NCBI RefSeq assembly: GCF_006345805.1 | Contig: NC_043000.1 | Location: forward strand, 70,432,001 to 70,496,000 | Source of the DNA: Octopus sinensis | Taxonomy: Eukaryota | DNA length: 64,000 nt | Direction of reading: 5' to 3' | Shown here: piece by piece, positions 1 to 13,418 of the stretch | Layout of the letters: each line of letters opens with the position of its first letter | How positions within the stretch are numbered: position 1 is the stretch's first letter | Translations under genes and position numbers: made by a program | The notes under the pieces: model-generated | Seen by the model: only the letters and a program-made list of their open reading frames with translations | Told to the model about the DNA's origin: nothing | Databases searched by the model: none

Positions 1-290
1 TAGAAACATCAATTCGGTGCAAACATAACAGACCTGATATTTTTCTGTGAAACAGGAAACAAAAGTCATGCACTGTTGTAGAAGTAAGCAGCTCAACGGA
101 CGTGAATGTACAATCAAAAGACCATGAAAAAGAGGCCATTTATGATGAATTAATGCGGAACTTACAGCTCTAGTACCCTGGGTACTATGATCATTGTACC
201 AATGATCATAGATGCATTAGGTTATGTACCCAACAATTGTGCACAAAAACTTAGAAATAAAATAATCTGACGTGGATTCTCCAAATACAG
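1..290 (+). pseudogene. Degraded 3' fragment of an RLE-type (R4/Dong/NeSL-like) non-LTR retrotransposon
   Basis: Frame 3 reads KHNRPDIFL*...VVEVS...D...EK...Y..L, then after a frameshift IVPMIIDALGYVP. This is the restriction-like endonuclease motif set, with stops. Confidence 0.7.
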
Positions 291-695
291 CAAAGATTTG
301 TAAGACATTCCAAAACTTCTTCACCTGAGAATCTTTTGTGAACAAATGCACACACTTGGGTGTATGCATCGACAGTTCAATCAACACACCAAGTCAAACA
401 CATATTTACAAACACCGGGAACTTAATTCAAAAAGCCCGGTCGCTTTGCTAGCGACCGGCTTGAACTCTCTCAAGAACTTAAATAAAACTAAAAAGAAAA
501 TCGTATATAAAAGTGCCTTCGTTCTTTCTACAGAGAAATACTATATAACTGAGAACTAATGAAAGATACTATGAATAACAAGCACAAATTTTTTATGCTC
601 GTTTATCACTGCAACCGCAGGCAGTACGTATTAATGAATTGTTCATGAATATAAATTGTAAATAGGGGCTTGTTTGCACAGCTATTCTAAGTGTA

Positions 696-1047
696 TCTTT
701 TATCTTTTACGTGTTTCAGCTATATGACTGTTGCCGTGCTAGTGCACCGCCTTGACGGGTTTAGTTGAACAAACTGACCTCAGGATTTATGTTGTTAAAC
801 CGAGTCTCTTTCTATCGGTCTCTTTTGCCAAATCGCTAAGCTATGGGGATGTAAACACATCAATACCGGTTGTCAAGCGGTGGTGGAGGACAAATACAAA
901 GACATAAACGATGGACTTCTTTCAGTTTCCGTCTACCAAATCCACTCACAAGGCTTTGGTTGGCCAGAGGCTATAGTGGAAGACACTTGCTCAAGCTAAC
1001 AAGCAGTGGGATTGAACCCGGAACTATGCAGTTGGGAAGCAAGTTTC
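696..1047 (-). mobile_element. tRNA-derived SINE (family 1, octopus-type); 5' head interrupted by a LINE
   Basis: Collinear with copies at 18340-18760, 6666-6765 and 39215-39595 (shared ttccgtctaccaaatccactcacaaggc and gaacccggaac B-box region). Confidence 0.85.
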
Positions 1048-4000
1048 TTTATTTCATAAAGTGACCATGGAAGCCGCACATAGATGGGACAAACAAGGAC
1101 AGAAAAACATAGATGGTTAAGAAGTTGCTTATTACGGACGAAAAAGTTTCGAATAATAAAATGTCATGCTGTTAAATTTCAATATAAACTTGATGATCAT
1201 TACAAATTTTGCAATGTGTGACTGAAGGAAAGGCATCCAACCGCCAGGTTCGAAACCTTACTTTTCTTTCTGACCCCACTTACCTGGTTCCAGTCACTCG
1301 CAGCTTATTCACTACTTGCTTCCATCTTTTCATGGACACATCCTGTGACAGGTATCTCTTCTCCAGCCTGATCTTTGCTATCGAGGTGGTAACCAAAGAA
1401 GTTAACCAATCCCTGGCCAGAGACGAAGGTATCTGTCACTATACCTCTTACACGCGTCTTCCATACTGTTTCTTTCAGTATGGATACTACGCAGAAAAAA
1501 CCAGCATTCCTTTCCCCGTTAAGGGAAGGAAGCGGTACAATCTTGATGATAGACTCAGCCGATAGCTGTACTCTTCCTATCGTTGACAACAGTTGCTCGA
1601 CAAAAGCTATCGGTCCTGATAATTCCGGACACTCCTCGAAAGCTTGCAAGACAGTTTCTTTGTCCCGCCCCCACCTCAGGCATGTCGGTGATACGGCACT
1701 TCCGTGCCTTGACAGCTTGTCTCGAACAGGCAATGCCGAAGGGAGCACTGCCAAGCCAGGGATTACTAGTAATTATCAGATGCCCCGGCTCGAAGGTTAT
1801 CCAGAACAGGTTGATAAACTGATTTCCATCGAAGCCCAGGGTCTCCCCCAGGACATAGTCTGACATAAATTCCACTAACCTGCTGTAAAAATCCACAGTG
1901 GAACTCTTGTGGCCAGTATTGCCCGCCCGAGAGAGTAGCTGGAGTGCCAGACAGCACTCCAATTGCCAATCTCCCAGCCTAGGTCTTCGTTTGATCCTTG
2001 GACCAATATCCATTAAGAAAGTCAACAGTGGAAGGTAGAACCTTACGTGTGGTGACCATACCTGCCCTCCATCCAGGTAAAGACAGAGGTGCCTCAACCT
2101 TGACGTGAATTTTCGCATATTCAGCCAAGGCATCCCTAGCCCGCCCTTTAGCGATTTTGGCAGCAGACAGAGCGCTTCACAAGTGGCTTTCTTCCCTTCC
2201 ACAAAAATCCGAAAAGGATTCTTTCCAACTTGTTCAGCCACAAATCGGGGCAAGGCACAACGGTCAGGCGGTAGGTGATGACAGATGCTATGAACATCCA
2301 CACAATCTCCGCTCTCCCTAACAATGATAACACCCGCGCAGACCAGGTCTGAGTTAGGGCAGTCTCGTTGCCCATGAACTCGCTCCAATTCTTCTCTATC
2401 TGGAGGTCTGGACCGAACCAGACCCCTAGCAACTTAACCGGACCTTCCGTCCTATGCCCCAAGTGCAGAATTGCAAGTCGACACCTGGTTAACCTTTGCT
2501 CCTGCCACCACCTCGTATCCTTTGATGGCATTTTCCACGTAAGGAAGCTGCCCTTCTTCAGACACGATGATGGAGATGTCATCTATATACGCAGTGGCTC
2601 CTCTTCCACACCACAGATCATGTGACACGCCCCCTTACGCCTCCAACTTCCGCAGCATTGGCTCAAGAGCCAATACATACATAAGCGGTGACAAGGAACA
2701 TCCCTGGCGTACTGAGCGTTCAATCTTGAACGGTTTTGAAAACAAAACCGTTTACTCGGATGATACACTCTATGTCACTGTACAAAGCAGCAATCCAACT
2801 GAGGAAAGTCGGGCCCAACCCGGCCTCCCCGAGGACCGCCTCCAGGTACTGATGGTCGACCCTATCAAATGCTTTAGACTGGTCTAAATGTACCAGTTCC
2901 CCACCTTTTCTAGAAATTTTCCAACCCTCTCTAAGGAGTAGCGTATAAGATGGAGATTATCTTGAATTGATCTGCCTGCGATAGCGCAAGTTTGCGCCAA
3001 CCATTTTGCCAACACCTTCGCCAAAATCTTTAACTCTGTTTAGAAGAGTTATGGGCCGAAATTTACGTATGACATCCCCCTTGTTCAGGTCCTTTCTGAT
3101 CAACGCCTCCACCCACCAACTCGCAGATCTGGGAATTATCCCATTCTGCTGCCAGTTAGCGTAGACGCTGGCCAGTAGGTGCCCGAACAAGTCTGGCATA
3201 TTTTCGTAAAACTCATAGGGTAGACCATCAAGACCCAGCGACCTGTCCCCGAGGCACTCGGACAGCGCCTCGATCACCTCGACAGCCTTAATCGGCCCGT
3301 CACAGTACTCAGCTTCTCGTGCCAAGAGACGCGGGCCACCAGCCAGGAAGTCCCGTAGGACCTCACCATGGTCAAGCGTCCTGCTCCTCACGAAAAACTC
3401 AGCGAAATGCTTGTAAGTGCCTCACACATCTCCTCCTATCCTTTGACCAAACGTCCATTTTCGTCGACAAAAGACCTGAATATGGCATCGTTGTCACACT
3501 GTGTCTTTACCGTATCGGCAACATTAATTCCCTCGTGGTCCAATGCACGTGCTTTTGCCCGAACCCTGCATCCATCATGTTTGGCTTTGAGGTGACGGTC
3601 CAAGGCTGTTCTCGCTGCCAAAATTTGGGATGTAGAGCCGAATCACAACGCGTCTTCTAAAGCCTTAAAAGTAGGTTGCCTTCTATCCCAGCCTTATCTA
3701 AACTTAGCTGACGGCTAAATCTAATAGACTCAAAGCGTATGTGTCCTTTTAGAGCAAACTACCACCGGTTATTCACTACGGTGCCGGTTAATGCCCTTTT
3801 CCCTAACTCCTTAATCCAGTTACAGTATGCCTCACAAGCCAAAATAGACTTGTTCAGCTTCCAGTAGCCGGATCCCTGTCTATAGGTATTATGTTCAGCC
3901 TACACGTAACCATTTTTGGATCATTGTAGGCGGCTTGAACAAACTGTGGACAGCTAAAGCTAGACTTATCTCTAATCATTAAAACTATCCTGTCTAAGTA

Positions 4001-4978
4001 AGACTTGAGCTTCCCGTCGCCATTCATCTGGTCCACACTGGGACGTTCGGGTGCTCAAGTCTGTAACGATCTGCCTGTTGAAAACGCTTAAGCAGATCGA
4101 TGAGGTGTGAGTTAACACTCCTACCAGTCGAGCCATAGCTATCCAGGCGTGCATCCAGGATAGTATTATAATCTCCTAACACAACTAATATCTTGGACGT
4201 CACGAGAAATTTCTCTAGGCGCTGATAGGAATCTGCCTTCTTGCACAAGGGGCGTAAATACTGATCAACCTGAAGGCCTTGTTGCTGTATGTCACGTCAA
4301 GGAAGACCAACCCACTTTCAGGGTCCACGAAGTCTGTACTTGTCTGCAGGGCCAAGCCTTTTCGGACTACTACACCTCCTCTACCTCCAGTCTAGCCAGG
4401 AGACATGCATTTCTCATAGCCATTCAGGAGAGCCGAGAAGGTTTGTAGCCTATCCAGCTTGGTCTCTGTAGCAACCATCACATGTATGTCATATGCTCTG
4501 AGGTCGTCGAGGAAACATACTTGCTTCCACTTCGAGTTCGGACCACGCACATTTATACAGACAAGTTGAAGTGTTGTCAGTTTAAGAAAAAGTAAAGTTT
4601 TTACTTACCTTTTCGTTGGCGATGTAAAGGCTGACCTCACGTCTCATGACGGAGTCCCTCTCTTTTCTTCTTTCCTTAGATATTTCGGTTGGTCTTTTAG
4701 CCTAGAAATGGCTTTTGGGTGCCTCCCCTTCATTTGTTTAAACAGCGTTTCTCCTATCCAGGCACATTGTCATGGATAGGCCTTGTACTTTTGATATAAT
4801 ATTGTAGTGTGAATACCGGGAAATAAATAGTCCAACAAAGCCTGCAAACAGGCAACAGTTCACAATAACAACTTCCAACAATAATTTTCAATAACAGTTT
4901 ACAATAAATAATAGTTTCAACAATAAAAATGACAACTCACAGAGCGCAAAAAAAGAAACACGATCGAAGTCTTCAACA
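1048..4978 (-). mobile_element. Degraded, near full-length Tx1-like (L1 clade) LINE
   Basis: APE endonuclease start (CINVRG near 4560; VLGDYNTILD), RT fragments (SLGLDGLP, FRPITLLN, GPVKLLGVWFG) and C-terminal CPTC...C knuckle. 3' UTR at 1048-1300. Many stops and frameshifts. Confidence 0.85.
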
Positions 4979-4991
4979 GGAAGCAAGCTTC

Positions 4992-5186
4992 TTTATTTCA
5001 TTATATTGGCTATGAAAGCCGTACATAGAGGGGATAGCACAAGGTGGGAACAAAAAAGAAACAAAACGAATGAGAAGGATGAATTAAATATAATGAAAGA
5101 TGAAATGAAGCCGTTCGGCCCCACCTCCGAGCGACTTCATTGAACCTGTTAATACAAGTTTTTTTTGTTTTTTTAAAAAAAGATAC
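4992..5186 (-). mobile_element. 3' end fragment of a second Tx1-like LINE
   Basis: tttatttcattatattggctatgaaagccgtacatagagggg resembles the terminus at 1048 (tttatttcataaagtgaccatggaagccgcacatagatggg). Confidence 0.6.
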
Positions 5187-6418
5187 TAAGTAATGCCCCT
5201 GACCCACTTGCAGTTGTTTGATCTAGCTGAAATTTTGCATGTGCACTTATTTATACCTCTATAGATTAAGTGGCAAATTACAGCTCTGAACTAATTGTGG
5301 TTTCTGATTTACAGGTGTTTGAACTGAGTCAAGTGTGAAATGGAGCCTGTTGAGTGTCGAGCAGTGATCTGGTTTTTGTATTTGAAAGGACGCACACCAC
5401 GGGAGACTTTTGATGAAATGAAAGTAACTTATGGTGATGATACCCCATCATATGACCTTGTAAAACGCTGGCATTGTGAATTCAAACATAGTCGGAACTC
5501 TGTGGAAACAGCTCCCAGATCTGGTCGCCCCCTTCTGCCGTTGATGAGACGTCTGTCCGTCAAGTTGAGGCTGCCATTTTGGAAGGTCAACGCATAACTA
5601 TTCGCCAAATAACCCATAAGGTCAAGATTAGTACCGGGTCTGTGGAAACTATCATTCATGACCATTTGCATATGCAAAAGGTGTCTGCCAGATGGATTTC
5701 CAGGTTGCTCACACCTTTCCAGAAGCAAGAACGCGTTGAGTGCTCGAGGATGAATTTGGAGATGTGCCAAGAAGATGAGTCAAAATTTTTCAAAAGACTG
5801 ATCACACAGGATAAAACCTGGGTCCATCACTATGATCCATAGACCAATGCAGTGAAAGCACCGTGACTCACCTCCTCCAAAGAAGGCAAGGGTGCAGCCA
5901 TCCGCTGACAAGGTTATGCTCACAGTCTTCTGGTACCAGGACGGAGTAGTGATGACAGATTTCCTGGCAAAGGGTACCACAATTACAGGAGCCTATTATG
6001 CTTCACTTTTGAGGAAATTAAGAGAAGCTATCAAAATCAAGAGGCGGGGCAAGATCAGCAAAGGCATCCTCCTCCTGCAGGACAACTCGCGTGTCACCAG
6101 ATCAGAAGCACAGGCGTGCAGCTATGAACTCCTCCCCTTGCACCCTCTGATTTTCACCTCTTCCCAGCCATGAAGTTGATTTTGAAAGGAAAGCGTTTCC
6201 CAGATGATGCAGCCTTGATTTCTGAAGTCACGTCGTGGTTGGAGGACCAAGCTGGGGTCTTCTACAAAAACGGTCTCCAGAGCTGTATCAAACGATGGGA
6301 GAAATGCATAACTCTGGGTAGTTCCTATGTAGGAAAAGACTAATAACTGTGCCAAGTGTCGTTGCTCTACTGCTATGGGAAGTGGGTCAGGGGCATTACT
6401 TATTGAACGCCCCTCGTA
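5187..6418 (+). mobile_element. Mariner transposon, degraded transposase
   Basis: Left TIR taagtaatgcccctgacccact (outer ~16 bp missing) and right TIR agtgggtcaggggcattacttattgaacgcccctcg-TA. ORF pieces include PRSGRP, ITQDKTWVHHYDP, KVMLTVFW and LLQDN. Confidence 0.9.
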
Positions 6419-6665
6419 TAACACAATTATTAGCGACAGCTAATTACCATTTCTCCGAAGGATGTTTAGATTGTGCTTCCTTAAAATATCATAAACACTT
6501 AGGCATTGAGCTGGTGACCAATTTCGTGACCCAGCACTTTAAAGTCCTTTAATCGTGATATTTATTCTGGGTCTGCCACTACACAACGAGGGTACTCGGG
6601 CATCCCTTTCACTCTTGATATATCCACTTCTATAACATTGTTCCACGAGTCTATTTCATTATACA

Positions 6666-6765
6666 CTTTCAGTTTCCGTCTACCAAATCCACTCACAAGG
6701 CATTGGTCGGCCCGGAACCATGTGGGTGGTTAGCAAGCTACTTACCACACAGCCACTCCTGCGCC
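6666..6765 (-). mobile_element. SINE family 1, 5' head fragment
   Basis: Ends in gcaagctacttaccacacagccactcctgcgcc, as in the 18760 copy. Confidence 0.75.
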
Positions 6766-7312
6766 TATACTAAATGATTATACATTTATCAATGTCTATA
6801 AAGCAGAAATGCGAAAAAGTTGTTTGTCTCATTTTGGGATGGGAACGGTTTAAGTGGCGGTAGATGGGGTCGGATTGGTGCCAAAATTTACAGGGACATG
6901 TAAAAAGAGGGAAGGAAGCGACTGGACTAGGTTAGAAACCCATATCTCAAAAGTTGTGGTTACTAGGGCAACAAAACCCACACTTAGACAAGTGTTTGTT
7001 GTTTCTCACTTTCGAATATCACCTTGTCTTCCTCGATCTCTCTCTTTCCTTCCTTCCCTCCAATTTCTCTCTATAACGACGTGTGACACCTTCCACTCTC
7101 ATTCCCTCTCCGCCTTCGCCGTCTATCTGTCGCTTTTTCTCCCACCACCTCTCTCACTGTACGTCTGTCTGTATCTATAGAGGGAGAGCGTTGACAGCCG
7201 CAAAAGTTTAAATATTCCCGCTACAAGTTTTTTAGAACAGTGAATTATTATCGCCCACCACCACCGCACAATCATAACAGATATTATTAATAAGATATAT
7301 TGTGTTGATTTA

Positions 7313-7318
7313 TATATA

Positions 7319-7353
<35 letters not shown>

Positions 7354-7440
7354 ATGTATGTATGTATGTATGTATGTATGTATGTATGTATGTATGTATG
7401 TATGCATGTATGTATGTGTGTGTGTGTGTGTGTGTGTGTA
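7313..7440. repeat. Compound (TG)n/(TATG)n microsatellite
   Basis: Directly visible. Confidence 0.95.
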
Positions 7441-7452
7441 TAATCATCAATA

Positions 7453-10400
7453 TCTATAAAGCTGAAATGAGAAAAAGGTGTTTGATTTCTTGGTTATTTG
7501 TCTCATTTGGGGATGGGAACGGTTTAAAGGGCGGTAGATAGGGTCGGATTGGTGCCAATATTTACACTGGGGGGTAAAATGGGGGTGGCCAATGGGGTGA
7601 AGAGTCGCTCGGGGCTACCGTTGCAAGTCGCTCGGAGCTACCGTTTGGTTGCCATGGTGAGGAATATGGGAAAAATTGAGTTTTATGGGATAGACAGGTT
7701 GCGCTGTTTGAATAATGGTGGCTTTTCGTGTTGCTGCGGGGGCTATCTTTAATTGTGGTTGTAAAAATATGGGGGATTTTAGAAAGGGGGGGTAAAATTT
7801 TTCAACTTTTAAAAAGAGTACTTTTTTGCCCTATTTTTAGATTTAATTTTTTTCTGTTTGCATTATTTGGTTGACGTGGGTAAAAATAGCATTGTGTTAA
7901 AGGCCAAAATTTTAGCTTTCATTTGAATCATGAACCGTCAAAATATTCCAGAAAAAAGTATCAAATTTCACAAAAATTTAAGTAATTTTGAATTATTTTT
8001 TGTGATTTTACGTGCACGCGTAAGAGAAAGCGAGGGAGAGTCCGAGAGAAAGGAAGAGTAAGAGAGTGGGAAAGTGAGAGAGAAAGAAGAGAGAAACAAA
8101 GAGGGAGAATGTGACGATAAGAAACAGAAAGGAAGCAACAGAAAGTAACAAACACACCCTCACCCGCGCCTAGAGCGGGTCACCTTATATAAATTGGACA
8201 TGGGCGATCGTTGTATTCTTGTATTCTTTATTTCTTGTCTTGAGGTTCACAGCCAAACGGCTGGGTGGATTCGCGTGAAAAATGGCATACAGGTGGAGAC
8301 GGGTCCATGAATTGTGCTGTCGTTTGCATTTTTTTCCTATCCCCCATAGTTACCTAGAAAATCGATTAAAACTTTTTCTAATGCAATTCCTCTTTCAAAG
8401 GTGATTGCGCCTGCCATCAGCCGTGCTTTGAGTGATTTTGATCAAACCAATTTTGTGAAATAGTGCTATTTTTTCTACATATAGTGGAGAGGGTTCATTT
8501 TTCAAAACTTTCAGTACAAAGGGAAGAAAAAATTAGGATTCATTTTTTTTTTTTTACTATTTTGTGCAAAGCTGAGCGTAAAAGCGCAGAAGGATTTATC
8601 GATTCACATGCAGCGAGAAGTTAAGTTAGCAATGTATGTAAACTGCTTCATGTCAAAAGGTGTCAATTGATTTCTATCTCAAGGTTACATGTACGTTTGG
8701 ATACTTATTAAGTCACTTAGCCTGCACAAGTTGAAATTGCTTGATCTGAGGTTCGAATACCAGCAAGCTAATATGCATTTTTGAGCTTATAGGAATTGTA
8801 GACTAAAATCAATGTGGGAAAAATAATGAAAAATATTTATGTTCTACATTGACTAAAGTCATCTATACATATAAATATGACATGGGCGATTCTTTCTTGT
8901 CTTGCGATTCACGGTCAAACGGCTGGGTGGAATTGCGCGAAAAATTACACACATGTATAGAATGATACGGTGATGATGCTGAATTTTTTATTTTTTTCAT
9001 AGCTCCCGTGGTTTGCGAGATAATCTCCTATAATAATACTCTTGTTTATGAATGAGAAAAGAAGGGATGATACATAAATAAGGAAGGAAGGGTGATGTCA
9101 GCTTTTCAACTCTGTGTGAATATATCTGTGTGTATGTAAAAGGGGGGGTGAATGTGAATGTGTGTGTGTGCGCGCGTATGTGTTTATGTGCGTGTTTGTG
9201 TATGTGTGCGCGTGTGCACGCAATGGAAGTGAGATGGTAACATTCAACGCTGAAAAGAAAAATCCTACAGCGTTTCAACTGTGTATTTGGTATGTTTCAC
9301 TTGAGTACAATCTGTTCTCTATAAAAGCACGTGTCTGTTTTTTGTTAATATAAAGTAATTTCTTTGGTATTCCTCGACCAGACTTTATTTAGCGTCATTA
9401 TTATTAAATTTATGCATTTCTAATCAATTTGGAGAGATTTGCTATCGAGTTGCAGATTTTTAACAATGCATTTCGTGATTATTTGCTTTATTTCTCGGGC
9501 AAAATTTACAACTTACAATAAAAGAATAAAATTATTATTTCATTCAAAAATTGAGCTTTGTTTTTAGTGATGACTTGAAATGGCAAATATTTTTTCTAAC
9601 TGCATTTGCTTCAAAAAATATATTTTTCTTTATATTTAACAATTTTTTTTAAATACTTTTACGATGTGCCTAAATAAAAACCATCGTAATAGATCAGCAT
9701 TTCTCAACCTTTTTCACGATTCGGCTTCCATTGGACATTGAAAAAAATTATTTTGGCTCCCCTGTGTTGATGAAAAAATTCATCTCCCCATGTATTTTAG
9801 ATAGACCGACAGGCCCATGACAAATCTGACGAAAAGTGGGGGGATCAGAAAATTTTCGTGCAGCTGGAGGCTCCAACCGAAACAGGGGAGCCGAAATGAT
9901 AAGGTTGAGAAAAGCTACACCTGAATTCCTTAACTCGCAAACACCCGCAGGACTACCACCTCACGAACTGCATCTGAAGGTTGGCGCGCCAATCATGCTG
10001 CTAAGGAGTTTAGATGTTCCAATAATGTGCAATGGTACGCGGATGATTATCAAAATATTGTGCTCCCGAGTTCTCCAGGCAACAATCTTGAATGGACCGG
10101 CGGCTGGCAAAGACGTCATTATAACTCCTATATCCTTCATTCCCTCCGATACGACCTACAAATTTAAATGGGTGCAATTTCCCATCAAACTCTGCTTTGC
10201 TATGACAGTCAACAAGGCGCAGGGACAATCACTGCAAGTGGTTGATTTGAATCTGACAGAGCAAGTATTCTCACGCGGACAAGTGTATGTTAGCTGCTCC
10301 CGTGTTGACAGTCCCCATGGTCTTTCCATTTGTACACTCGAGGGAAGGACGAAGAATGTTGTCTACCAAGAGGCACTCCAATGATAACAACGGTAACTTC

Positions 10401-10611
10401 AACTGCTCTAATTTCAACTCCGCAATTTTTTCATCGTCCTGCCAGCCCACGTAGGTCCAGTCTTGCTTTGCTCTCCTTACGAACTCACAATGACTGACAT
10501 TCTTTTTTTTTTCTACCAAGATCCACCGCCCAAACAACACTTCATGTTCACTTCTTTCGTTTTTCTCTTCGCGTCGTTCCCTGACCGAGTGAAACCGGGC
10601 TTAGCTGCTAG
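7453..10611 (+). mobile_element. Helitron remnant(s) retaining the helicase C-terminus
   Basis: A|TC starts at 7453 and 8862; 3' end ...ccgggcttagctgCTAG|T at 10611; Pif1 helicase ORF inside. The true 5' boundary is uncertain. Confidence 0.7.
9836..10384 (+). pseudogene. Helitron Rep/Hel Pif1-like helicase, C-terminal fragment
   Basis: PPHELHLKVGAPIMLLRSL, CNGTR, QFPIKLCFAMTVNKAQGQSL and GQVYVSCSRV motifs. Confidence 0.9.
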
Positions 10612-11111
10612 TAAATATATAAACTGATTTATTTATTAATTTATTAATTAAGGATAATAATAATAAATGAATAATTTTATATAATGCCATATTCTGATCA
10701 AAAACTTTTATATTGCAAGTACTTATTTCCGGCTATTTTTCTGTAGCTAATTGATTTATAAATATAAAAGCTTTGATTTACTCTGATAAACTAAGTAATT
10801 TAGTATATAACTATTGACTTACTCTAATTTCGTTCCTACTGAAAAACTTAGTAAAAATGAAAATGTGATATACTTTTATTTATAGTTTATTTTCTCATTA
10901 TCTAAGACATAATACAGTCTATAATACGTAACTATGTTTTTGTTTATCTTATTTACGAAGGTTTTTTCTCTGATAAACTAAATTGGGACTTTTTACTTGT
11001 TGGTTACTTAGAATATTGTTTATATCAGTAACAATAAATAAATGTGAGTAGTTATTATACATTATATTATACTATACATAATTTATATATATATATATAT
11101 TATATATATAT

Positions 11112-11144
<33 letters not shown>

Positions 11145-11663
11145 TATTAGTAATCATCCATATTTTGAACATGTATACGCATATTTATTTATAGAATAAA
11201 TATTTTGGATTAACATATTTTATTTCCGTCTGTAAAACTACGCCAAACTCTCATGATTTATTTATTTATATACATTATTATATATTATTAAAATGGCCAG
11301 TGATTATTTTCGATTTAACTACATTTAGATTGATATTATTGGAGATGTATATAAAAACTTTTTATGACCGTTGTAAATTTTCTTTACTTAATTATTTTAT
11401 ACATTTGAATTTTGTTGTTCTTTCATTGTACTTATATATTTGTATTTTAACGCTCAAGCTCCTAAACATAAATATTTTGAATTAGTATATTTTTGCAATT
11501 TGGCTGTTTTTTATATGGAATTTCGTCTGTCTTTTGAACCAAGGCCCGGAAGAGACTTGTATACATAGAAGTTTTTTATAAATCAACTAATGTATATAAG
11601 TCGAAACAAATTGTTGCTTTTATATGTTTTTTTCATTTGATATATTATAATATTTATATTATA

Positions 11664-12176
11664 CTAGCAGTATCGCCCGGCGTTGCTCGGGTTTGTAAGG
11701 GAAATAACTATATAAGCATTTTTAGAGAGTTACTTCCCTTATAGATGCCAATTCGGGCTTTCTTAGCCATTTCTGTTTTGGTGTATTCAAGCCATGAAGT
11801 CGTTGTTCTAAAAGAACGCTGGTCTCCTTGACAACGCTTTACGACGTTGATTTCCTTACACTCCCTTCCCCACAGCTTCACGAGGGAGGGAAGAAGGGGG
11901 AGAAGCAAACAGGTGCAGGTGTGACCATGGACGCCAACTCCGCCGCCATCGACACACGAAAAATTATACATTAAAATGGAATAAAAAATGATGTTAAATT
12001 ATTTTTAAAATCGTAGACTCATCGTAGACGCGCGCTAATACTCAGACGGGCTCGATATGAATCACGACTATAAGATACCCGAATTTGGTTAAACTGCACC
12101 GCAAAATGTGGGAGTAGTTAGGAATCTAAATCGAAGGGGACAGACACTCACACAACTACAGTTTTATATATATAGA
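11664..12176 (-). mobile_element. Complete non-autonomous Helitron (~510 bp)
   Basis: Minus strand: A|TCTATATATATAAAAC start, subterminal hairpin cccgagcaacgccggg, and a CTAG|T end. Confidence 0.85.
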
Positions 12177-12340
12177 TTGTATTTTTATAATACATTATAT
12201 TATATTATAATGTAAATAAATTGTTAATTTGTCAATAGCATTTCCCCATTTCATTTAATATTTGTGCTTATACCCCTTTTCTCAGTGGTATTCAACTGCT
12301 GCACCAGTGAATTGGATGTTTTACATCCCTTTTAAGGAAA

Positions 12341-12640
12341 TCTCTCTATATATAAACGGCAGTTTGTCTGTCTGTGTGTCTGTCAGGTTGTACCCTCACC
12401 CTGACCACGGCTTTCAACCGATTCTGATGAAACTTGACACACACGTAGCCCAATGTCATAATTCAAAACTAACGCAGCAAAAATTTTGAAAAGTTCCCCC
12501 AGTTCTGAAAAAAATCGATAAATTCGACATGGGTCGAGAATCTAAGCTTTTTATATGCAACACATTTTCTACAGACTGTCTAGGGGACGCAACTCGACCT
12601 TTTTAACTCTCGGAACACGGGGGTAAGTATCCCAAAATGT
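12341..12640 (+). mobile_element. Helitron-like 5' portion
   Basis: A|TCTCTCTATATATAAAC start followed by ccgattctgatgaaacttg-type sequence. No 3' CTAG end was found. Confidence 0.5.
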
Positions 12641-12644
12641 ATAA

Positions 12645-13241
12645 TCAGAAAAAATAATGCAATGGTGTAAAAATATGTGTAGGAAATGAATATGAAAAAA
12701 AACAATGCGCGCAAAGCAACGGGAGGGTCGGGAGAGGACCGCGGAAAATTCACAAGATCAGAGTTTTTCCTCATAACTTATAGGAAAATGGGTGTTTTTT
12801 CACTGAAATTTTATAGAAATACCTATCAAACGGCATACATTACGATTATAAAGAAATTAGTGAGGAAAATCTTTTCCAAGGGGGTGGGAAGAGGACTTCG
12901 GAAAATTCACAAGAACCGAGTTTTTCCTTTGTACCTTTTACGGAAATGTGCATAAATATGATACATATAACATATATTGTACAGGCCAAAAGAAAATACA
13001 AAAATTACCCAAAAACCTTTTCTCATTCACTCTCTCCCCCTCTCCCTCCATACGAAATCGAAGTGTCTTGTTTTCATAAATATGATATGGTAAAGGTGCA
13101 CTTCTAAACATTTAACGTGCCTGTACATATATATGTGTGTGTGTATGTGCGCGCGCGCGTGTTTGTATATATATATATATGTGTGTGTGTGTATGTATAT
13201 ATATGTGTGTGTGTGTATGTATGTAGATGTATGTATATATG

Positions 13242-13317
<76 letters not shown>

Positions 13318-13330
13318 TATACATACATAC

Positions 13331-13418
<88 letters not shown>

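Noticed and set aside
9694-9760. cagcatttctcaacc hAT-like TIR
   Set aside because: No matching right TIR or TSD was found.
9836-10384. Host PIF1 helicase gene
   Set aside because: Only an intronless C-terminal fragment, followed ~230 bp later by a Helitron CTAG end.
12420-12440. CTGATGA as a second hammerhead core (also 20063)
   Set aside because: No correctly placed GAAA or stem III; lies within Helitron/LINE sequence.
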